Of a DNA stretch of 64,000 nt, positions 57,777 through 64,000 are shown in pieces (the first letter of the stretch is position 1; every line of letters begins with the position of its first letter). This DNA is from Actinomycetota bacterium (GTDB lineage Bacteria > Actinomycetota > Actinomycetes > Mycobacteriales > SCTD01). The position numbers and the translations under genes are program-made. The notes beneath the pieces were generated by a model, which saw only the letters and a program-made list of their open reading frames with translations, made no database searches and was not told where the DNA came from. Location: assembly GCA_033851845.1 (NCBI GenBank), contig JAWWOH010000104.1, forward strand, positions 30,922 to 94,921, given 5' to 3'.

Positions 57777-58568
57777 ATGGATGTGCGAGACCTGGTGCGT
57801 GGCCACTACGGCTCCGCCGGCCTGAGTGACGCCGTTCTGGGTGCGCTCTCCGGTGCGGGTGTCGACGTGTCCACCCTCACTCCCTCGGATCTGATCGCCG
57901 TCGACCAGCTCCATGCCGGCGGAGCGCCTGCAACGAGGCACGTCCTGGACCGGCTCGGCGTCCGGCCGGGTCTCAAGCTGCTCGACGTCGGCAGCGGCCT
58001 GGGCGGACCGGCGCGGATGGCGGGGGCGCAGGGTGCAGACGTGACCGGCATCGACCTCACACCGGAGTTCGTCGAAGCCGCCAACGACCTGACGAAGCGC
58101 ACGGGACTGGGCGATCGGGTGCGGTTCCTGACCACTCCCGGGGAGGCACTGCCCTTCGACGACGGCTCCTTCGACGCGGCGCTGATGGTGCACGTCGGGA
58201 TGAACGTCCCGGCCAAGCAGGCAGTCTTCGAGCAGGTGCACCGCGTGCTGTCCTCCGGCAGTACGTTCGCCGTCTACGACCAGATGTCGACGGGCCAGGG
58301 GGAGCCCACCTTCCCCCTGCCGTGGGCGGAGGACCCGCGTGGCTCATTCCTCGAGACGGGGGACGACTACCGCCGGCACCTGGAGTCGGCCGGCTTTCAC
58401 ATCGAGGAGATCGAAGACCGCACCGACGCCGTACTCGTGCCGCCACCGCCGGGCGCAATCGGGCCGGGCGACATCTTCGGTCCCGCGTTCCTTGCCGGCG
58501 TGGGCAACTACGTCGCCGCCGCGCGCGCCGGTCTCGTGCGCGCGACCCTTATCCTCGCGACCGCCTGA
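57777..58568 (+). CDS. class I SAM-dependent methyltransferase
   Basis: LLDVGSGLGGPA motif I, with acidic residues after beta-2 (TGIDL). Confidence 0.85.
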   Translation: MDVRDLVRGHYGSAGLSDAVLGALSGAGVDVSTLTPSDLIAVDQLHAGGAPATRHVLDRLGVRPGLKLLDVGSGLGGPARMAGAQGADVTGIDLTPEFVEAANDLTKRTGLGDRVRFLTTPGEALPFDDGSFDAALMVHVGMNVPAKQAVFEQVHRVLSSGSTFAVYDQMSTGQGEPTFPLPWAEDPRGSFLETGDDYRRHLESAGFHIEEIEDRTDAVLVPPPPGAIGPGDIFGPAFLAGVGNYVAAARAGLVRATLILATA

Positions 58569-58580
58569 TCTGGCCACCCG

Positions 58581-59042
58581 ATGCCATCGGAGCAAGGTGA
58601 CCGCGTTGTCAGCGCCAGTCGGGAGATCGAGGCCGAGGCCGGGCGAATCTTCGAGCTGATCGCCGATCCCAGCCAGCAACCGCGCTGGGACGGCAACGAC
58701 AACCTCGCTGAGGCGCGTCCGGGTCAGCGGGTGAACGCCGTCGGTGACGTGTTCGAGATGACCAATAGCAGCGGCCGTGTTCGCGAGAACCACGTGGTGG
58801 AGTTCGAGGAGCGGCGCCTCATCGCGTGGCGACCGGCAGAGCCCGGCAAGAAGCCGCCTGGACACCTGTGGCGATGGGAGGTCGAGGCCCTCGGTCCGTC
58901 GCGGACCCGCGTCACGCACACCTACGACTGGACCGAGCTGACCGACACCAACCGCCTGCCGCGCGCGAAGGCCACTACCTCCGACAAGCTCCAGGCCTCC
59001 GTCGACCGCCTCGCCGCCCTCGCCGAGGCGGCCGCCCGATAG
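58581..59042 (+). CDS. SRPBCC (START/cyclase-dehydrase) family protein
   Basis: 153 aa with the typical size and pattern (W...P.W...). Confidence 0.75.
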   Translation: MPSEQGDRVVSASREIEAEAGRIFELIADPSQQPRWDGNDNLAEARPGQRVNAVGDVFEMTNSSGRVRENHVVEFEERRLIAWRPAEPGKKPPGHLWRWEVEALGPSRTRVTHTYDWTELTDTNRLPRAKATTSDKLQASVDRLAALAEAAAR

Positions 59043-59082
59043 CCGCCCCTCCCGGACGTATTTGCCGGCACCGGACCAGACA

Positions 59083-59158
59083 GAAATGCACACTTCTCGG
59101 TACGTCGGGGCGCGCGTACGGGTGCCCCGCCGCTCGCCCGCTCAGGATTGTGCATTTC
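59083..59158. repeat. 10-bp perfect inverted repeat (GAAATGCACA / TGTGCATTTC) enclosing a GC hairpin
   Basis: Arms at 59083-59092 and 59149-59158. The inner hairpin is CGGGGC (59106-59111) / GCCCCG (59124-59129). Lies between convergent genes. Confidence 0.9.
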
Positions 59159-59228
59159 CGTCGGGCTGAGGCGGTGGCGGCCGGCAGCGGCGGGTTGGCC
59201 ATCGGCGTACGGGAGGTGGGGTTCGCGG

Positions 59229-59873
59229 CTATTCGGCGAGGCCCTTGTCGACGGCATAGCGGGTCAGCTCGACCCGGTTGTGCAGCTGCAGCTTGATCAG
59301 CGTGTTCTGCACGTGGTTCTCGACGGTGCGATGACTGAGCACGAGCCGTTCGGCGACCTGCTTCGAGGTCAGCCCCTTCGCAACGAGACGGAGCACCTCG
59401 GTCTCACGCTCGGTCAGCCGTGGTGCTCCGTCGTCGAACTCGGTACGCCGGTACTCCCCCAGCACCAGGCCGGCCAGCCCCGGTGTGAACACCGCCTCGC
59501 CGGCAGCGGTACGGCGCACCGCATCGATGAGCTCAGCGGCGCTCGCCGACTTCACCAGGTAGCCCGTCGCCCCTGCCTTGACCGCTTCCAGCACGTCGGC
59601 CTGCTCGCCGCTCGCGGACAGGATGAGCACTTTGATGCCGAGTCCCACGACCGCGGCCGTCACCTCGACCCCGGTCCGACCGGGCATCTGCAGGTCGCAC
59701 ACCAGCACGTCGGGCTGCGTTGCGGTGCAGACACGGATCGCCTTCTCGCCATCACCGGCGACTCCGACGACCGTCAGGCCGGCGGCGGCGAGGTCGCGCT
59801 CGACGGCGTCGCGCCAGATCGGGTGGTCGTCGGCGACGACCAGTCGCAGCTCAGCCGGGGGCTCGGGGCACAC
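59229..59873 (-). CDS. two-component response regulator, NarL/LuxR family
   Basis: Receiver domain (VVADDH, CDLQMPG) plus a LuxR HTH (LTERETEVLRLVAKGLTSKQVAERL). Confidence 0.9.
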   Translation of the reverse strand: MCPEPPAELRLVVADDHPIWRDAVERDLAAAGLTVVGVAGDGEKAIRVCTATQPDVLVCDLQMPGRTGVEVTAAVVGLGIKVLILSASGEQADVLEAVKAGATGYLVKSASAAELIDAVRRTAAGEAVFTPGLAGLVLGEYRRTEFDDGAPRLTERETEVLRLVAKGLTSKQVAERLVLSHRTVENHVQNTLIKLQLHNRVELTRYAVDKGLAE

Positions 59874-60807
59874 GCAGCTCGACCTCCGTCCCCTGTCCGG
59901 GTGTGCTGACGACGTTCACGGTCCCACCGAGACCGGCCACCCGTCCGCGGATCGACAACGCGACCCCCATCCGGCCGTCGCGTTCGGCGTCCTCCAAACG
60001 GCCCGGCGCGATGCCTGGACCGTCGTCGCGCACGGACACCATCACGGCCGTGGGCTCGTCCTCGACGAGGACCCAGGACCGCGTGCCGCCGTGACGCAGC
60101 GCGTTGTCGACGGCGGCCCGCACGGCATCGGCGAGCTCGGTGGCGACAGCGGCCGGCAGCAGCACGGGTGAGGCCGGCAACGCCAGCTCGACCGCAGCCC
60201 GCCGAGGCAGCAGCGACGCAAGGTCGAGCTCGCCGACCGGGGTCGACGCGGGCCCCGACACGAGCCGCCGCAGTGATGCCTCCTGCTCTGCGGCCAGCCC
60301 GGCGAGCTCACGGTCGGCTGACGTGCGGCTGACCAGGGCGAGTGCCTGCAGCACGCCGTCGTGCACCTGCCGCGCCAGCCGCTCCCGCTCGGTCGCTGCT
60401 GCCTCGCGGTGCGCCGCTTCGGCAACCGCCCGCTCGGCCCGACGGGCCAGCTGCACGACGTAGCCGACGACCCCGCCGCCGAGCAACAGCAGCACGATGC
60501 CGTCGGTCGTCGCCTGCGTGATCGTCCCGCGCTCGACGACGTCCGCCGCCGCGACCGCGACCGCCGCCAGCAAGCCGCCGGCGGGCCCGCCCCAGATCGC
60601 CCACGCGAGGACCGGTGCCGCCGCCCAGCTCACGGTCACCGTCGGGTCGCCCGCATCGATGGACGCCCGCGACAGCACCCAGATCGAGGACAGCAGGGCG
60701 GCAAGGGTAAGCGCCAGATCGGCGACCAGCAGCGGCCAGCGACGCCGTCGCGCGTCGGCGTACAGGAAGGTCGCGAGGGCCGACCACAGGACCATGCCGA
60801 GCAGCAC
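59851..60807 (-). CDS. sensor histidine kinase (HisKA_3 / HATPase_c)
   Basis: H-box ERERLARQVHDGVLQ, plus N and G boxes (DNALRHG, DDGPGI, GLGG). The coding signal continues upstream of the first GTG (see findings). Confidence 0.85.
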   Translation of the reverse strand: MLLGMVLWSALATFLYADARRRRWPLLVADLALTLAALLSSIWVLSRASIDAGDPTVTVSWAAAPVLAWAIWGGPAGGLLAAVAVAAADVVERGTITQATTDGIVLLLLGGGVVGYVVQLARRAERAVAEAAHREAAATERERLARQVHDGVLQALALVSRTSADRELAGLAAEQEASLRRLVSGPASTPVGELDLASLLPRRAAVELALPASPVLLPAAVATELADAVRAAVDNALRHGGTRSWVLVEDEPTAVMVSVRDDGPGIAPGRLEDAERDGRMGVALSIRGRVAGLGGTVNVVSTPGQGTEVELRVPRAPG

Positions 60808-60949
60808 GGCGACGCCGAGCGAAGGGCGGGCGTACGACGAGTGGTGGGCAGCGACGCTGGCCGCGGCGTACAGCAGGGCCGCGAAGCGGTAGACGGCGAG
60901 CGCCCGCCACAGCGCGGTGTCGACCCGGAGAGCGAGGTCGAGCCTCAGC

Positions 60950-61690
60950 TCAGCTGGCCCGACGGGTCGGGCGCGGCGCGTCGCTCACCATCGCCTCGGT
61001 CGCGGCGATCCGCGACTCCTCGATGTCGGCCTTCGCCGCGGTGGCGTACTGGTCGACGTACTCCTGACCGGACAGCAGCATCAGCTCGTACATGATCTCG
61101 TCGGTGATCGAGCGCAGGACGAACCGGTCGCCCTCCATGCCCTTGTAGCGGCTGAAGTCGAGCGGCTTGCCGACGCGGATGCCGACCCGTCCGAGCTTGG
61201 GGATCTTCTTGCCGGTCGGCTGCACGACGTCGGTGTTGATCATCGCGACGGGAATGACAGGCACGCCGGCCTCGAGCGCCATCCGGGCCACGCCGGTCTT
61301 GCCCCGGTAGAGCCGCCCGTCCGGGGACCGGGTGCCCTCGGGGTAGAGGCCCAGTAGGTTGCCGCCGCCGAGGATGCGCAGGCCGGTGCGGAGCGCCGCC
61401 TCCGACGCCTTGCCGCCGCTGCGGTCGATAGGCACCTGTCCGACGCCGGCGAAGAAGCCTTTCGTCAGCTTGCCCTTCACGCCGCTGCCGGTGAAGTAGT
61501 CGGCCTTGGCCAGGAAGGTGATCCGGCGAGGTACGACGAGCGGCAGGAAGATGGAGTCCGAGAAGGACAGGTGGTTGCTCGCGAGGATCGCGCCGCCCTC
61601 GCTCGGGATGTGGTCGCCACCCTCGATCCAGGGACGGAACAACGTGCGCAGGATGGGCGTCAAGATCGCCTTGACGACCCAGTAGAACAC
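60950..61690 (-). CDS. plsC: 1-acyl-sn-glycerol-3-phosphate acyltransferase (PlsC family)
   Basis: NHLSFSDS (NHxxxxD) and YPEGTRS motifs. GTG at 61690 within the long artefactual ORF 60950-63991. Confidence 0.85.
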   Translation of the reverse strand: MFYWVVKAILTPILRTLFRPWIEGGDHIPSEGGAILASNHLSFSDSIFLPLVVPRRITFLAKADYFTGSGVKGKLTKGFFAGVGQVPIDRSGGKASEAALRTGLRILGGGNLLGLYPEGTRSPDGRLYRGKTGVARMALEAGVPVIPVAMINTDVVQPTGKKIPKLGRVGIRVGKPLDFSRYKGMEGDRFVLRSITDEIMYELMLLSGQEYVDQYATAAKADIEESRIAATEAMVSDAPRPTRRAS

Positions 61691-61819
61691 CGCGCGCGCA
61701 CCTCCTCTGGACGTCGGGCTGTAGCTGTCGACCCTAGGGGTCCGGCCTCCCAGGAGCAACGGGCGGCCGGAGGCGTGGCGTGCGACGATGGACGGACCGT
61801 CCCAGGAGAGGTGTTCTGC

Positions 61820-62578
61820 GTGCCTGTGCTTCCCGGTGCCGAGCCGATCGACCTGCCTGGCGGGCCGGTCGGCGTCCTGCTCAGTCATGGCTTCACGGGC
61901 TCGACGCAGTCGATCCGACCGTGGGCCGAGCACCTGGCCGCAGCGGGCCTCGCCGTCAGCGCGCCACGGCTGCCGGGGCACGGCACCCGCTGGCAGGACA
62001 TGAACAAGACGCGGTGGTCCGACTGGTATGGCGAGCTCGAGCGTGCCTTCGACGACCTGCGCGCCCGGTGCGACTCGGTTTTCGTCATGGGCCTGTCGAT
62101 GGGCGGCACGCTGGTGCTGCGACTCGCCGAGCAGCGGCCGGACCAGGTGGCGGGTGTCGTCGTCGTCAACGCGTCGCTGGCCAGCGAACGCAAGGACGTC
62201 AAGCTCGCGCCGCTGCTGTCGAAGGTGATCCCCGCGTTCCCCGGTGTCGGCAGCGACATCAAGAAGGAAGGCGTGCAGGAGCTGGCCTACGACAAGGTGC
62301 CGCTCAAGGCGTTCGCCTCGCTGCAGCAGGCCTGGCCGGTCGTCGTCGGCGACCTCCATCGGATCACCTGCCCGGTGCTCGCCTATCGCAGCAGCGTCGA
62401 CCACGTGGTCGAGCCGATCAGCGGCCGCGTCCTCGTCGAGGGCTGCGCCGGCGGCACCATCGAGGAGCGCGTCCTCGACAACAGCTACCACGTCGCAACC
62501 CTCGACAACGACGCCCCGACGATCTTTGCGGGCAGTCTCGACTTCGTGCGGGCGCACGCGCCGGCTGCCACGCCCTGA
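61820..62578 (+). CDS. alpha/beta hydrolase (carboxylesterase / monoacylglycerol-lipase type)
   Basis: LLSHGFTGS oxyanion region, nucleophile elbow GLSMGG, and the catalytic His in NSYHVAT. In-frame GTG candidates at 61775, 61811 and 61820. Confidence 0.8.
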   Translation: MPVLPGAEPIDLPGGPVGVLLSHGFTGSTQSIRPWAEHLAAAGLAVSAPRLPGHGTRWQDMNKTRWSDWYGELERAFDDLRARCDSVFVMGLSMGGTLVLRLAEQRPDQVAGVVVVNASLASERKDVKLAPLLSKVIPAFPGVGSDIKKEGVQELAYDKVPLKAFASLQQAWPVVVGDLHRITCPVLAYRSSVDHVVEPISGRVLVEGCAGGTIEERVLDNSYHVATLDNDAPTIFAGSLDFVRAHAPAATP

Positions 62579-62581
62579 GCC

Positions 62582-63481
62582 GTGGACATCGTCCCCCAGC
62601 CGCCCAGCGGGCGACGAGACAACGGCCTCTCCTCGGCTGAGTGGGGGGCGTTGGTCGACCTCGATCCGAGGCTGTCGGAGGCACTGCTGGTCAGCCTGGC
62701 TGCGGTCGGTGTAGCGGCGTACGTCGAGCCGGCGGCCGGCACGGTCGACACGGTCTCCAGGGCGGTGGCGCTGCCGAAGCGCCCGCTCGACCGGCTCTGG
62801 GTGGACGCCGCGCGCGCCGACGAGGCGCGCAGTGTCGTCTCCGCGGAGGTCGCTGAGCTGACGGCGCTGCTCGCCGAGGAGGACCCCGGCGCAACCGCGC
62901 ACGGGTTCGTCCAGCCGGTCCCGAGGACAGCCGCGACCAAGGTGCTGCAGCCACCGCGGTTGCCCCAGCCGCCGGCGCGGCCCGGTGCCGTCGTACCTTC
63001 CGACTTCTCCCCTGTCAGCGACAACGACGCCGCCTGGCAGCAGATCGTCGAGGGGTTCGGGAAGGACCTCGACTCCCCTGTTCCCCCGTGGCCGGTGTCC
63101 GAGGACGTCGACGACGACCGCACCATCGCGGATGAGGCGGCCACGTCCCGCCGGCTGCGCCGACGCAACGACCCCGACGTCAGCGAGGACGACGCGCTGC
63201 CGGCCTGGCTCGAGCCGGATGCGCTCGAGGACGACGGCCACTACGTGCCACCCCCACCGCCGCCGATCCCCAAGGTGCGGCGGCACACGGTCGGCTCGCT
63301 GGTGGCGCTCACGGTTGGCCTCGTGCTCGTCTTCGCACCGAACCTCGTCGGCCAGGTGCAGTCCGTCGGTCTGGGCATCGTCGGGATCGCGCTGATGCTG
63401 GGGGGCGCCGGGGCCCTCGTCTGGCACATGCGGGATGCTCCGCCGACCGACAGCGGCCCGGACGACGGCGCCGTCGTCTGA
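62582..63481 (+). CDS. conserved-looking hypothetical protein with acidic/Pro-rich centre and two C-terminal TM helices
   Basis: 299-aa ORF with G/C-ending codons. I recognise no family. Confidence 0.5.
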   Translation: MDIVPQPPSGRRDNGLSSAEWGALVDLDPRLSEALLVSLAAVGVAAYVEPAAGTVDTVSRAVALPKRPLDRLWVDAARADEARSVVSAEVAELTALLAEEDPGATAHGFVQPVPRTAATKVLQPPRLPQPPARPGAVVPSDFSPVSDNDAAWQQIVEGFGKDLDSPVPPWPVSEDVDDDRTIADEAATSRRLRRRNDPDVSEDDALPAWLEPDALEDDGHYVPPPPPPIPKVRRHTVGSLVALTVGLVLVFAPNLVGQVQSVGLGIVGIALMLGGAGALVWHMRDAPPTDSGPDDGAVV

Positions 63482-63505
63482 GGGTGCAGACAGCGAGGAG
63501 AGCGC

Positions 63506-64000
63506 GTGCCGGCGAGTGAGACCGTCGAGGTCAGCGGCCACCTGATGGACTCCGGTGTGCTCGCCCTCGTGCTCGACGACGTGCTCGGGTACGGCGGCGA
63601 CTACCGCATCGACCGGCTGGACGTCGGTCGCGCCCACGACGACGAGTCCTACGCGCGCATCGTCGTGACGGCCGACGACGCGGAGGCACTGCAGCGACTG
63701 CTGATGCGGCTGCAGGCGCACGGCGTGAACCAGGTCGACCCTGGCCAGGCGCTGCTCCGGCCCTGCGACCGCGACGGAGTGTTCCCCGACGACTTCTACT
63801 CCACGACGAACCTCGAGACCGTCGTCCGGCTCGACGGCGAGTGGGTTCCGGTCGAGCAGCCGGAGATGGACTGCGGGCTCGTCGTGGAGGGCGGCCGGGT
63901 GCACACCGTGCCCGTGTCGGACGTCAAGGCGGGGCAGCAGGTTGTCTGCGGCGCCTCCGGCGTGAAGGTGGTGCTGCCGGCCCGGGAGCACAGCGCCAAC
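63506..64000 (+). CDS. TIGR00300 / LOR-SDH-like family protein, N-terminal 165 codons; runs off the right edge
   Basis: GTG after GAGGAG. VPASETVEVSGHLMDSGVLALVLDDVLGYGGDYRIDRLDVGR... Absent from the ORF track because it has no stop in the window. Family name is from memory. Confidence 0.6.
   Translation, partial: MPASETVEVSGHLMDSGVLALVLDDVLGYGGDYRIDRLDVGRAHDDESYARIVVTADDAEALQRLLMRLQAHGVNQVDPGQALLRPCDRDGVFPDDFYSTTNLETVVRLDGEWVPVEQPEMDCGLVVEGGRVHTVPVSDVKAGQQVVCGASGVKVVLPAREHSAN

Overview
This is a very GC-rich, tightly packed chromosomal segment of an actinobacterium. Third codon positions are almost all G/C. Supporting markers are a TCGAAC-N4-GTTCGA LexA box, LPxTG/LAxTG sorting signals, an MptB-type GT-C mannosyltransferase, a PASTA kinase and an Rv2175c-like protein. 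I found no rRNA, tRNA, CRISPR array, transposase or integrase. I call about 68 protein genes, including four short ones and two edge fragments that are absent from the ORF track. I also call one clear TPP riboswitch, one clear SOS operator and several intergenic inverted repeats.

Layout:
- (i) 1-1.8 kb: an SOS-box region between ogt and a DUF6504-like / HEPN-like / dnaE2 cassette.
- (ii) 7.0-18.0 kb: a sulfate-assimilation and siroheme supercluster (cbiX, cysG, ssuABC-like ABC transporter, cysNDC, sulfite reductase, cysX-like zinc ribbon, cysH). The sulfite reductase block is inverted relative to the rest.
- (iii) 20.5-61.7 kb: a backbone colinear with M. tuberculosis Rv2172c-Rv2182c (metF-like, polyprenyl synthase, mannosyltransferase, Rv2175c-like, Ser/Thr kinase, class II DAHP synthase, Rv2179c-like exoribonuclease, PlsC-like acyltransferase), interrupted by lineage-specific inserts.

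Most interesting observations:
- A TPP-riboswitch-led, translationally coupled operon of about 7.8 kb. thiG-thiH run directly into an ABC-2 exporter, a small membrane protein, a ferredoxin-reductase-type flavoprotein and two Gfo/Idh/MocA dehydrogenases.
- A perfect 20-bp inverted repeat in the cysC/sulfite-reductase intergenic region.
- An SOS-controlled dnaE2 cassette with two small uncharacterised ORFs where imuA'/imuB would be expected.
- A sigma-region-4 / HxxxCxxC / TM fusion protein.
- A structured leader in front of a LysM-transglycosylase gene that is coupled to the PASTA kinase.
- A histidine kinase whose conserved N-terminus has no canonical start codon.

Limits: every call was made by eye from the ORF translations and the raw sequence. 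Family names are from memory. No database search, folding or covariance-model scan was run, and start codons are best guesses.
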